Shown here piece after piece: positions 27,714 to 37,070 of a stretch of 64,000 nt of DNA. Made by a program: the position numbers and the translations under genes. The stretch covers positions 96,001-160,000 of the forward strand of contig CBFGTS010000009.1 of assembly GCA_965652295.1 (NCBI GenBank), written 5' to 3'. The stretch's first letter is position 1. Every line of letters starts with the position of its first letter. The notes beneath the pieces were generated by a model, which was not told the DNA's origin, did not search any database, and saw nothing but the letters and a program-made list of their open reading frames with translations. Origin of the DNA: an uncultured Haloferula sp. (GTDB taxonomy: Bacteria; Verrucomicrobiota; Verrucomicrobiia; Verrucomicrobiales; Akkermansiaceae).

Positions 27714-29588
27714 TCAAAGGGACCGGTGGGTGATTTCCTCGCATATCGTTCCAATGAAATCATCGAGAGGCATGGAGCCGAGGTCCTCCCGCTCGCGGTG
27801 GCGGACACTGACCGTGCCTTCCTCCACCTCGCGGGCGCCTAGAACGAGCATATAAGGCACCCTTTCCATGCGGGCAAGACGAATCTTGGCACCGACTTTG
27901 TCCGAGGTGCGGTCGAGCGAAACGCGCACGCCGGCGTCGGCGAGCTTCTTCGTCACACCCTCGGCGGCTTCCAGAAACTTGTCGGAAATCGGCAGCACGC
28001 GCACCTGCTCGGGCGAGAGCCAGGTCGGGAACTTGCCTTCGAAGTGCTCGATCAGCAGGCCGGTAAAGCGTTCGAGCGAACCGAACGGCGCGCGGTGGAT
28101 CATCACCGGGCGGTGCGTTTTGTTGTCGGCACCCACATATTCGAGGCCGAAGCGCTCAGGCAGGTTGTAGTCCACCTGCACGGTGCCGAGCTGCCAGTCG
28201 CGGCCGATCACGTCCTTGACGATGAAGTCGATCTTCGGCCCGTAAAAGGCGGCCTCGCCCTCGGCCTCGATGTAATCGACGCCCAACGCCTGCACCGCCT
28301 CGCGCAGCGCGGCCTCGGCCTTGTCCCAGTTTTCCGGCGAGCCGACGTATTTGTCGCTGTCCGGATCGCGCAGCGAAAGCCGGACCCGGTAGTCGGTCAT
28401 GCCGAGCGTGTTGAGCACCGTTTTCACGAGCCCCAGACAGCCTTGGATCTCTCCGGAGACCTGCTCCGGCGTGCAGAACAGGTGGGCATCGTCCTGGGTG
28501 AAACCGCGGACCCGCGTCATGCCACCCAGCTCGCCGCTCTGCTCCCAGCGGTAAACGGTACCGAACTCGGCCAGGCGCACCGGCAGATCGCGGTACGAGC
28601 GGTGCTCGCTGGCGTAGATCTTGATATGGTGCGGGCAGTTCATTGGCTTGAGCAGGTAGCCTTCGTATTCGCCCTGCTCGAGACCGTTGATGAGCTGATC
28701 GCAGCTCGCTTTTTCATCGGCCAGCTTCTCCAGCGTGTCCCGCTCGGCGATCGGTGGATACTGGCTTTCCTGGTAATACGGGAAGTGGCCGGACGTGCGG
28801 TAGAGATCGAGCTTGCCGATGTGCGGCGTGAAGACCTGCGAGTAGCCCTGCTTGTCGAGCTCCGCGGTGATGAAATCCTGCAGCGCGCGGCGCACCAGCC
28901 CGCCTTTCGGTTTCCATAGGATCAATCCCTGGCCGACGGCTTCATCGATGTGGAAAAGCTGCAACTCGCGGCCCAGCTTTCGGTGGTCGCGCTTCTTCGC
29001 CTCCTCAAGGCGCTGGAGGTGCTGGTCCAGCTCGTCCTTCGTCGGGAAAGCCGTGCCGTAGAGGCGCTGGAGCTGCCCTTTCGACTCGTCGCCCATGTAG
29101 AAAGAGGAGGAGACGTTCATCAGCTTCACGTGCTTGGTTTTCGCCGTCGAGCCGACGTGCGGACCGGCGCAGAGGTCGATGAACTCGCCGTTTTGGAAAC
29201 AGGAGATCTCCTCGCCTTCGGGAATCTTCTCGATCAGGTCGAGCTTGAAACGACTGGCATTGCCCGGGCGCTCCGAAAGCCCGCCGAGGCGACCGCTCTC
29301 CGCCATCGCTCGCGCTTCTTCGCGCGAGACGACCTTCTTTTCGAAGCGCTGATTCTCCTTCGCGATCTTGCGCATTTCCGTCTCGATCCGCTCGAAGTCG
29401 TCCGGGGTGATCCGGTGCTTCATTTCGAAATCGTAATAAAAACCGTTCTCCACCGGCGGACCATAGGCGAACTGGGCGTCGGGCCAGATGCGGAGGATCG
29501 CGGTAGCCATCACGTGGGCGCAGGAGTGCCGGAGGCGCTCCAGATCGGACATCTGCTCACGTTCTTCGAGGGTCTTCCGTTCGGACAT
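27714..29588 (-). CDS. thrS: Threonine--tRNA ligase (no N-terminal TGS domain)
   Basis: RHSCAH, DLCAGPH, RDHRKLG, KPMNCPHH, RVRGFTQDD, FYGPKID, MIHRA. Start at MSERKT. Confidence 0.97.
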   Translation of the reverse strand: MSERKTLEEREQMSDLERLRHSCAHVMATAILRIWPDAQFAYGPPVENGFYYDFEMKHRITPDDFERIETEMRKIAKENQRFEKKVVSREEARAMAESGRLGGLSERPGNASRFKLDLIEKIPEGEEISCFQNGEFIDLCAGPHVGSTAKTKHVKLMNVSSSFYMGDESKGQLQRLYGTAFPTKDELDQHLQRLEEAKKRDHRKLGRELQLFHIDEAVGQGLILWKPKGGLVRRALQDFITAELDKQGYSQVFTPHIGKLDLYRTSGHFPYYQESQYPPIAERDTLEKLADEKASCDQLINGLEQGEYEGYLLKPMNCPHHIKIYASEHRSYRDLPVRLAEFGTVYRWEQSGELGGMTRVRGFTQDDAHLFCTPEQVSGEIQGCLGLVKTVLNTLGMTDYRVRLSLRDPDSDKYVGSPENWDKAEAALREAVQALGVDYIEAEGEAAFYGPKIDFIVKDVIGRDWQLGTVQVDYNLPERFGLEYVGADNKTHRPVMIHRAPFGSLERFTGLLIEHFEGKFPTWLSPEQVRVLPISDKFLEAAEGVTKKLADAGVRVSLDRTSDKVGAKIRLARMERVPYMLVLGAREVEEGTVSVRHREREDLGSMPLDDFIGTICEEITHRSL

Positions 29589-29756
29589 GCGGCCCCGGAG
29601 AAAGCAGACCTGAGGCGGACTTACAACCGCGAATCGGGACAAGGACGGCGGCCTTCCGGGGAATTGATCGCAGGACGAGCGGACACAATGGACGGCTCCT
29701 TCCACCATCCACCGCCGGGCTCCTGAGCTTTTTGAAAAAAAATTCTCAGAAACTTT

Positions 29757-29782
29757 GAACGTCTCGTTAGGTGGACGGTCTA
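29757..29782 (+). promoter_or_regulatory. Candidate ECF (sigmaE-type) promoter
   Basis: GAAC-N17-GTCTA preceded by an A/T tract (tttgaaaaaaaatt). Confidence 0.45.
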
Positions 29783-29787
29783 TCCCA

Positions 29788-29911
29788 CTGAACACCGTGA
29801 CAAGCGGGTTCAAAGTAAGGGTAACAGCACAGTCGATTTTTCCCATGGGTGTGGGAATTTTGACCAACTTGAGGCCGCCGGACGTGGGACTCCGGCGGCC
29901 TCGTCCTTTTT
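29788..29911 (+). ncRNA. Candidate small RNA
   Basis: Lies between the ECF-like promoter and a strong plus-strand terminator that no plus-strand gene explains. AT-richer than its flanks, with an internal hairpin. Confidence 0.45.
29871..29911 (+). terminator. Rho-independent terminator with no upstream plus-strand CDS
   Basis: Perfect 12-bp stem gaggccgccgga/tccggcggcctc, then gtccttttt. Confidence 0.75.
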
Positions 29912-29990
29912 CCGTGGCCTCGGTTCCGCGGTCCCATCGTGATCGAAAGAATGCCGGTCCAGATCCTTTTCTTCCGAGCTTCCCAAACGG

Positions 29991-30020
29991 AAAAAGGCCC
30001 CCGGGGAGTCCCGGGAGCCT
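29991..30020 (-). terminator. Terminator of the 30042-31094 gene
   Basis: Minus strand aggctcccggg-actc-cccgggggcc-ttttt. Confidence 0.75.
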
Positions 30021-30041
30021 CTTCACGTAGGCTGAACGTCC

Positions 30042-31094
30042 TCAATCGTTCCGTGCGGAGGCTTGACTCCGTTCGTCCTGACTCTGGCTGTTCCGGGCGC
30101 TGGAGCCCTGCTGCGAGCCGGAGCCGCGGAGCCGCGTCTGGTCGCCCTCAACACGAATCTTCTTCGCGACGATCAGCGTCTTGCCGTCGACCTTCTTGCG
30201 GTCGCCCTGAATCCAGACGGTGTCGCCCTTGTCCAGGTTCAGATCGCTCAGCTCGGTGCCGGCACCAAGGTCGGCGACGCAGCTGCGGCCGTCCTTCATT
30301 TCAAGACGCACCACAAGGTTGTCCTCACGCTGCTGGTTATCGAGGTCGACCTTCGTGACGTCCTCCAGCGTGCCGCGGCGTGTGATTGGGTTCTGGTTCG
30401 AACGATTTTGCTGGGAGTTCTGTGACAGGTCCGGCTGGTTGCGATCCTGCACGCGGAACGTCTCTCCGCCGGTGCGGATACGGTTCGCCAGGATCACCTT
30501 GCGCCCGTCCACCTTCGCCACCGGTCCGGAGACCGAAATGCGGTCGCCTTTTTCAAGGTCGAGTTCGCCGACGCTCTTGTCGCTGCCGAGGCTGATCACC
30601 CGGCTCTTGCCGTCCTGCAGATTCACCTTCACGAACGAATGCGATTCTTTCACGCCCTTCTGGTCGGTCAGGTCGACCTGGCGGAAACCATCGATGGTCC
30701 CTTGAAGGCGCGCGGTCTGACGGTCGGAGGAGCGGTTGTTCCGGTTCGAGGCCTGCTGCTGATTCGAGGTGTCCTCGGTCCAGTCGGTTTCGACAGGATC
30801 CCAGTAGTAGTAGACGTACCCGACGGGGTCATAGAGGCCGTAGGTGTCGTAAGTGTCATCCCAATAAGTGTCGGACCAGTCGGTGTCCGACTCATACGAG
30901 ATCTGGTTGTCATCGTTGAACCAATCGCCCGGATCATACCACTCTTCCTCGTGGTAGCCCTTCTCGGCGTCATATTCGATCTCGGTGTCGGCAAATGCCG
31001 CGCCGGAGCCAAGCCCGACGGCAAGGGCCGTGCCGAGCGCCAGTCTCCTGAGTGAACGGCGGCTCAAGTACATTATGTCTTGTGTCTTCTTCAT
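30042..31094 (-). CDS. Secreted hypothetical protein with an acidic/aromatic N-domain and two OB-fold-like repeats
   Basis: Signal peptide ending AAFA, D/E/Y/W-rich segment, two repeats of G...V.L.DG.S.V..LG....L.L.KGD...V.G...VDG...I.A..IR. Confidence 0.75.
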   Translation of the reverse strand: MKKTQDIMYLSRRSLRRLALGTALAVGLGSGAAFADTEIEYDAEKGYHEEEWYDPGDWFNDDNQISYESDTDWSDTYWDDTYDTYGLYDPVGYVYYYWDPVETDWTEDTSNQQQASNRNNRSSDRQTARLQGTIDGFRQVDLTDQKGVKESHSFVKVNLQDGKSRVISLGSDKSVGELDLEKGDRISVSGPVAKVDGRKVILANRIRTGGETFRVQDRNQPDLSQNSQQNRSNQNPITRRGTLEDVTKVDLDNQQREDNLVVRLEMKDGRSCVADLGAGTELSDLNLDKGDTVWIQGDRKKVDGKTLIVAKKIRVEGDQTRLRGSGSQQGSSARNSQSQDERSQASARND

Positions 31095-31446
31095 GGTTTT
31101 CTGCGGTTGGGGTTGCTGTTTCCGACGTCCACAGCCGGCGAGCGTTCGCCCACCTCAAGGGTGCCGATTTTCCGCACCCGCGGCGGCCAGCCCGGGAGGC
31201 GGCCGATCGTGGACATCCACGGATTTGAACTCGCAATGGCTGTACCGACCCCACCCGGGCGCCACCTCCACCTCCGTGAGTCCACGGCCTTTCAAGCCTC
31301 ACGCACCTTGAGAAAATACGTGGTTCTGTTAGAAAGCAATTCCTCGGAGGAGCCTCGGGCTTCCGGCACCGCACGATGCAACCCCGATCGAGCGGAATGC
31401 GAAGAAGCTCTGGCGATTCTTGCGACTCGACGGAGAAGCCAGATCG

Positions 31447-32073
31447 TCACGGCTCGAACCACGGCTGCCCGGGCGCGGCCTCGATGCCCATCACCCGCCG
31501 GACAGCGCGCGGGTAGCTGACGTTCTCGGAATTCTCCAGCTCCAGCCGGTCGATGACCCTCAGCAAATGGCCGGCATCTTCCGATTCCGCCGCCACCGTT
31601 TGCAACACCGCTCCATTGACCTTCACCTCATCGAATTCCACCCGGCAGCCATCGATCCGGAACTTCCACCTCTTCTTCTCCACCCACGCCGCCGCCACCC
31701 GCGAGTGGGTGCCGATGACCTCCCGCACCAGCTCCATCAGGGAGAACGACGTCCGCCGGGCGTCCAGCGGGTCCACCCCCAGATCCGGCCCCAGAGGCCC
31801 GCCAACGAACTCCCGCGACAAGGGCAGTGGCTTCTTCGCCACCGGTTTCCAGCGCTCCAAGCCATCCCTCCGCTCGATCAAAAGCTTCATCTCCAGCGCG
31901 CTGCCTCGGATCTTCACGTTCCGGCTCCAGGCGTTCCGCTCCCGGCTGACCAAGTAGGTCTCGCTGCTCTCCACCACCTCCTCGACCTCCGCCACCCCAC
32001 GCAGCCGCCCCTCCACCCGCTCCAGCGACGGCGCGAAGACCCTGAACTCGAAACGCGAGACCACCTCTTCCAT
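31447..32073 (-). CDS. CYTH-like (triphosphate tunnel) domain protein
   Basis: EFRVF N-terminal strand, ETY, NVKIR, VEKKR, EFDEV, terminal SY fit the CYTH pattern. Confidence 0.6.
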   Translation of the reverse strand: MEEVVSRFEFRVFAPSLERVEGRLRGVAEVEEVVESSETYLVSRERNAWSRNVKIRGSALEMKLLIERRDGLERWKPVAKKPLPLSREFVGGPLGPDLGVDPLDARRTSFSLMELVREVIGTHSRVAAAWVEKKRWKFRIDGCRVEFDEVKVNGAVLQTVAAESEDAGHLLRVIDRLELENSENVSYPRAVRRVMGIEAAPGQPWFEP

Positions 32074-32158
32074 CACCCGCCACCCTCGCCTCTCTCCGCC
32101 CAGCTGTCCATGTTTCACCCTCCAGAGTCAGAAACCCACCCAACGATCCCCGTACCGC

Positions 32159-32187
32159 CTACCAGTGGCATGACCGTCCCGGTCATG
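32159..32187. repeat. Single REP-like palindrome (same family as 206-327)
   Basis: ctaccagtggcatgaccgtcccggtcatg. Confidence 0.85.
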
Positions 32188-32250
32188 TGAAGAGAAAGGC
32201 TCGGTCCACCCTTCTCATCCCTCAGACCTCGTTCCACACCCGCTTCCATC

Positions 32251-35200
32251 TCACCCCACCCGCCCATACGGCCGGAAGGTCTCGAGGGTGCCCATGGCTT
32301 CATCGTGAAGCAGGGCCCGGTGCAGGCCCAGGTTGCCGGCGGCGGGGCTGTCGATGAGCGCGGAGGAATCGTTGGCGCTCATTTGGAAAAGCACCCGCAT
32401 CCGGAAGTCGGCCAGCGACTTGCGCGGGATCCAGCGGCCGAGGTTGTTCCAGGTATCGACGCTCACGATCAGATGCACGCCCGCCGCGGGCCCTTCGCTG
32501 ATGAGCGTTTGAAAAGCCTTCGCCGGGCTCGTGCCGGACGAGGCGTCGTCATCGAAGGAGAACTTGAACTCGTCCTCCTCCCGCAACGCCTTGAAGCGGT
32601 GCAGATCGCGCACGAACACGAAGACTTCCGTTTCATCCGTGCTCTCCACGCGCCCGGCGAGGTCGGTCATGATGCCGCCGAGATCGCCGGGAAGATGACA
32701 TTCCGATGGCTGCGGCAACCGCGCGGCGAAACGCGCCAACTCACCTTCCGCACCTTCGCTGTCGAGCACGATGAAGCGCGCGCCATCGGTCGGGTACTGA
32801 GCGGAAAGCGACTGCATCGCCGCCTCCATCAACGACTTCATCCGCTCCTCGCCCTGGCCGACGGCGAGCAGGTGCGAGCCGCTTTCGCGACGGAACACCG
32901 CCGCGGTCGGCCCCTTGATCGAGTTCGGCGCACCGAGCCAGGCCGAGGCCTTCTCCGGTCGGCGGGCGGGCGGGTTGGCGAGCGCCGCGGTCAGCTCTTC
33001 GTTGTCGCGCAAATCGGCCGGGGCGTTGCCTTCGAACACCACCGGCGCTTTCCTGGAAAGACCGTGCTCCTTTGCCATCGCCGCCACCTCATCGAGCCGG
33101 GCGTTCCTATCCTCCTCGGACAGCCATACGGTCTGAAACGGGCTGTTCGCCGCCAGCGCGCCGGCGTTGTCGTTGTAGATTCCCTCACCCGGACGCGTCA
33201 GCAGGCGCGGCGCGGGATTGTCGTCGTCCATGATGAGGTAGGCGTCGGCCTCGTTGCACTGGAGCGCGATGCGGATGACCATCTGCCCCAGCGTCGCGCG
33301 CGCCAGCGTGTAAGCACCGCCGAGCGTCTGGGAGCCGAGGATTGCGTGAATCCCAAACGCGCGACCCTGCCGCACGATCCGATCCAGCAACAGCGAGGCT
33401 TCCTGTGCGATGCCATCGTCCTCGGTGAAAAATTCCTGGAACTCGTCGATCAGCAGCAGCGTCCGCGGCAGCGGTTTCCCGGTCGCCTTGCGATAGCCCG
33501 CCACATCCTGCGCACCCGCTTCGCGGAAACGTTCGCCGCGCTGGCGGAGTTCCTCATCCACCCGCCGCAGCACGCTCAGGCCGAACTCGCGATCGCTTTC
33601 CACCGCCACCACCCGCGCGTGCGGCAGCTTCTTGGAGCCATAACACTTGAACTCCACGCCCTTCTTGAAATCGACCAGATAAAACTCCACCTCCTCCGGG
33701 CTGCAATACAGCGCGAGATTGGTGATCATCACGTGAAACAGCGTCGATTTCCCCGAGCCCGTCTTGCCCGCGATCAGCGCGTGCTGGCGGGTGCCCTTGC
33801 CGATCGAGAGATATTGCAGCTTCTTGGCGCCCGTGCGGCCGATCGGAACCCGCAACTCGTCGCCCGTTTCCTCCGTCCACCACTCGCCCTGCGGCGCGAT
33901 GCTGGAAAACGGCACCTCCACCCGGTTCGAATCGACGCTCGCTTTCCCAAAGCGGTGCACCAGTGAGGTGAGCAAGGCCGGCTCCGGCGCGCGTTCCAGC
34001 ACCACCTCGCCCGGCTGACCATCGAGCTTCCAAACTCCGCCGTCCTGCTTGAGGCAGAGACATGCTTTTCTCAACTCCGCATCAAGCGCCGCATCGCCGC
34101 CGGGCCTGTCCATGTGGATCATCAGGAAAACCCCGCAGCGCGCGCCGCTCGCCGCGAGGCTGCGCAAGCGCTGCATCGCCGTTTCGCTGAAATTCGAGGG
34201 GAACCCCGCGATGAAAACGAACTGGTATTTCTCCGCGATCTCCCCGGCCTGACGGTTGTATTCCGAGATCGTCTCAAACTCGTTGCGGAGATACATCTGG
34301 ATGACTTTCTCCACATGTTCGTTCAACTCCGCGAGCCGTTCCTCGATCTGCTGGCTCTGCGTCCAGATCCGACCATGAATTAGCGTGTCCTCGTAATCGG
34401 CAAGATGCATCAGGCCCGCGAAATCCCGGCCGAGGCCGACCGGGTCGATGAACGTGAACGCGGCCTGACCCGCCGGTCGGGTGGCCAACAGCCTCAACGC
34501 CACCGCATTCATCGCCTCGGTCGCCGCCGACATCTCCCCCTCGAAAAGCACCGAGCCATGTCCGGGGAAGCCGAGGTTCAGGGGAGTTTCGAGAGACTTC
34601 GGCAGATCGTAGGCGGTGTGCGCCGGCAGCCGCTCCGCCAGGTCGGTCCGACCCAGGCGGAGCGTGGCAAAGGGAATGATCTCCTCGCCCTCGCCCGGTG
34701 GTCGCCATGACTCCGCCATGGCGTCCGACCACGCCGGAAAACGCGCGACCTGGCTCGAAGTGAGATCGCCCAAGGCATCGAGCGGACGTGTGACATCGCG
34801 CTCCCAGTTCGAGCCGATCTCCGCGAGCACCGCCTCATGCCTCTCGTGCGTACCGACGTCGGCATCCTTCTTCATCGCCTCGATCTTCTCCGAGAACTCC
34901 AGTATCTCCGCCTCGAGCGCGGCCCGCCGCGTGGCGGCCGACTTCTCCCTGCGTGCGAGGCGCGCCGCATGCAAGGCCTTCTCCTTCTCCATCAACCTCG
35001 TCAACTGCTTCTCCAGCTTCCTCCTGCCGCGGCGGATGCGCTCTTCCGTTTCCTCGCCGGACTCCCGGAGGGTTTCGCTGAAACCCGCGCGCATGGCCGA
35101 ATCCTCCTCTTGAATCTGCGCCTTCAAACCCGCCACGCGCTCGTTCATCGAGGCCACCGCCATCGATCCCGACAAACGGATCCGCTGGATGGCATCCGCC

Positions 35201-35997
35201 AACCGGACGGCCGCACCCCAGATGAAACCAAGCGCCACTCCATACACCACGACCAGCACTCCAACCGCGATCCCCGCCGCGGGCAGCCACGCTTCCACCT
35301 GCGCCGGCATTCCTGAGGACCACGCCGCGATTCCCACCGCCACCACCAGCAGCACGGGAAACGGTAAGAAACGGAAGACCTTCGCCAGCGGCAAAGCCCG
35401 TACCTTCTCCAAGGCAGCCACGGCTTCCGCCTTCAGATCGCCGGCATCTCCCGCCGGGATCGAACTACCCTTGCCGCCGTACTTCTTCGCGAAAAACGGC
35501 TTGAAGCCCCAGAGATGCCTGAGGCCCTCGTCCGCCATCCGGTCGGCTTCCGCGCGGTCTTCCGTCGCCTTGGCATGCAGCGCGTGCAGTTCCTTTTTCG
35601 CCCGCTCGTAGGTTTCCTGAAGCTCCTCCTGGCGCTTCATCATCGTCCCCTGCGCCTGACCCACCACTTGGTCCCGCTCGGCGTTGATTTCGTTCGTGAG
35701 CCCCTGCCTGGCACCATGATAGCGCTCCTGAATCCACTCCTTCCGCCGCTCGTGCAACAGGATCACCGCTTCCCCTTCCGCAGCCAGTTCGCGTTCCAAG
35801 GCAGCCCGCTTTTCCGCCATTTCCGCCTCGGATTTCTCCTGCTCCAGGCGCGCTGCGCGGCGGGTCGCGATGATATCCTCATCCAGCGCCTCCTTCGCAC
35901 GGTCCTCGTTGGTGGCGACCTCCTCGATCGCCTTTCTCACCTGGCTCAGCGTACCCAGCACATGGCCGGGGTGGAGGGGGTCATTCGCAGTCGGCAT
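32251..35997 (-). CDS. FtsK/SpoIIIE-family ATPase, EssC/EccC-like
   Basis: Coiled coil, two TM helices, coiled coil, then three RecA-like modules. Walker A AGKTGSGKST, LVDFKKGVEF, Walker B LLIDEFQE, RQGRAFGIH. Confidence 0.9.
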   Translation of the reverse strand: MPTANDPLHPGHVLGTLSQVRKAIEEVATNEDRAKEALDEDIIATRRAARLEQEKSEAEMAEKRAALERELAAEGEAVILLHERRKEWIQERYHGARQGLTNEINAERDQVVGQAQGTMMKRQEELQETYERAKKELHALHAKATEDRAEADRMADEGLRHLWGFKPFFAKKYGGKGSSIPAGDAGDLKAEAVAALEKVRALPLAKVFRFLPFPVLLVVAVGIAAWSSGMPAQVEAWLPAAGIAVGVLVVVYGVALGFIWGAAVRLADAIQRIRLSGSMAVASMNERVAGLKAQIQEEDSAMRAGFSETLRESGEETEERIRRGRRKLEKQLTRLMEKEKALHAARLARREKSAATRRAALEAEILEFSEKIEAMKKDADVGTHERHEAVLAEIGSNWERDVTRPLDALGDLTSSQVARFPAWSDAMAESWRPPGEGEEIIPFATLRLGRTDLAERLPAHTAYDLPKSLETPLNLGFPGHGSVLFEGEMSAATEAMNAVALRLLATRPAGQAAFTFIDPVGLGRDFAGLMHLADYEDTLIHGRIWTQSQQIEERLAELNEHVEKVIQMYLRNEFETISEYNRQAGEIAEKYQFVFIAGFPSNFSETAMQRLRSLAASGARCGVFLMIHMDRPGGDAALDAELRKACLCLKQDGGVWKLDGQPGEVVLERAPEPALLTSLVHRFGKASVDSNRVEVPFSSIAPQGEWWTEETGDELRVPIGRTGAKKLQYLSIGKGTRQHALIAGKTGSGKSTLFHVMITNLALYCSPEEVEFYLVDFKKGVEFKCYGSKKLPHARVVAVESDREFGLSVLRRVDEELRQRGERFREAGAQDVAGYRKATGKPLPRTLLLIDEFQEFFTEDDGIAQEASLLLDRIVRQGRAFGIHAILGSQTLGGAYTLARATLGQMVIRIALQCNEADAYLIMDDDNPAPRLLTRPGEGIYNDNAGALAANSPFQTVWLSEEDRNARLDEVAAMAKEHGLSRKAPVVFEGNAPADLRDNEELTAALANPPARRPEKASAWLGAPNSIKGPTAAVFRRESGSHLLAVGQGEERMKSLMEAAMQSLSAQYPTDGARFIVLDSEGAEGELARFAARLPQPSECHLPGDLGGIMTDLAGRVESTDETEVFVFVRDLHRFKALREEDEFKFSFDDDASSGTSPAKAFQTLISEGPAAGVHLIVSVDTWNNLGRWIPRKSLADFRMRVLFQMSANDSSALIDSPAAGNLGLHRALLHDEAMGTLETFRPYGRVG

Positions 35998-36196
35998 GGA
36001 TTTTTGAAATCAGTCGTTCGATATCGGCGATCACTTTGGTCGCCCGTGCGGCTTCATCGGCCAGCCCGTCCAGATGGGCGGCGGCGAATTGATCCGCCTT
36101 CGCATCGCGCCACGATTCGCGCACGCGGTGCCAGCTCGTGATCAGGTCCCGGGTCGCCTCGCGGATGGTCGAGGCCGCCGCACCCGCCGCGCTCAT
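35981..36196 (-). CDS. Small WXG100-like helical protein (W-x-D)
   Basis: 71 aa helical hairpin with ESWRDAKADQF, GGAGG RBS, overlaps both neighbouring genes. Confidence 0.75.
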   Translation of the reverse strand: MSAAGAAASTIREATRDLITSWHRVRESWRDAKADQFAAAHLDGLADEAARATKVIADIERLISKIHADCE

Positions 36197-36711
36197 GGCG
36201 GGCCTCCTTCCCCGCTTTCCGGCGTCGACCGCGGTTTCATCTCGCGCTCGGCATAGGCATCCAGCGCGCGGATCAGCCCGTCAAGCGTCCCGATCGCCTT
36301 CGGCAAATCCCCCGCCACGCGGTCGCGAAGGCTGTCGAGCGGCTTCTGCGCCGGGGCCACGACGCTGTCGAAATTCCGCGCCCATTTCTTGGTCGCCGCC
36401 AATTTCGTCTCCGCTTCCTCAAGCGTCCGGATGGCTTTCTTCACCGCCATCTTCTGTGCCAGCACGTCATCCTGAAGACCGGACATCTCGGCGGTCATCA
36501 ACTCGGCTTTCGCCTGTTCAAGGCGCCTCGTGCAGCGCCTCACCTCGCCTTCCCACGCGGTCCGTCGCTCGTAAGCCAGCCAGTCGCGGAGCCGCTTCAT
36601 TTCCGAGGAAACGTCATCGAGTGCGGTCTTCGTCCGCTGGCTGTAGCGCACCAACGAGGCGCGGAAATCCTCCAACGCCTCGATCGATGCCACTTTCGCC
36701 TGTTCCGCCAT
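36193..36711 (-). CDS. Coiled-coil protein in the WXG100 operon
   Basis: All-helical 172 aa, AKVASIEALEDFR N-terminus similar to WXG100 helix 1, WEG motif, GGAGG RBS. Confidence 0.8.
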   Translation of the reverse strand: MAEQAKVASIEALEDFRASLVRYSQRTKTALDDVSSEMKRLRDWLAYERRTAWEGEVRRCTRRLEQAKAELMTAEMSGLQDDVLAQKMAVKKAIRTLEEAETKLAATKKWARNFDSVVAPAQKPLDSLRDRVAGDLPKAIGTLDGLIRALDAYAEREMKPRSTPESGEGGPP

Positions 36712-36725
36712 CTTCGTGCCTCCGC

Positions 36726-36998
36726 TCAACGTTGGTCGAGATACTGTTGGATCCGTTCCGCCTTGCGCAGCAGATACGGCCCGTGTCGCTCCGCGACCTC
36801 GGTAAAGCGCTTGATGCCCTTCATCGTCTGCACGAACTCCGCGGCGAACTTCTCCTGCTCCTGGTCCTGCCAGGTTTCCCCCAGCGAGGTGAAGCGTGCC
36901 ATCAGCGAGGACGAACGGTCGCGCAGTTCCTCGTTGAAGCGCTTCAGCTCGACGGCAAACCGGCGCAGCTCCTCCGGATCGACAATGGCTTGGGACAT
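36726..36998 (-). CDS. WXG100-family type VII secretion target
   Basis: 90 aa, AIVDPEELRRFA N-terminus, central ETWQDQEQEKF turn. Confidence 0.88.
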   Translation of the reverse strand: MSQAIVDPEELRRFAVELKRFNEELRDRSSSLMARFTSLGETWQDQEQEKFAAEFVQTMKGIKRFTEVAERHGPYLLRKAERIQQYLDQR

Positions 36999-37070
36999 GA
37001 AAAGAACCTAACTCCCGGGCGCCGCCTCACAAGCGGCAATCCGGTGTGCCCACCCGGCTCCGAGCCGCTT

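Noticed and set aside
29589..30026. N-terminal extension of ThrS, or a T-box leader
   Set aside because: The extension is not ThrS-like and crosses terminators. I found no T-box consensus (AGGGTGGNACCGCG).
31447..32073. CYTH-like gene as a T7 effector or immunity gene
   Set aside because: It is separated from the operon by about 180 bp containing a REP, and it has no helical secretion domain. There is no evidence of linkage.
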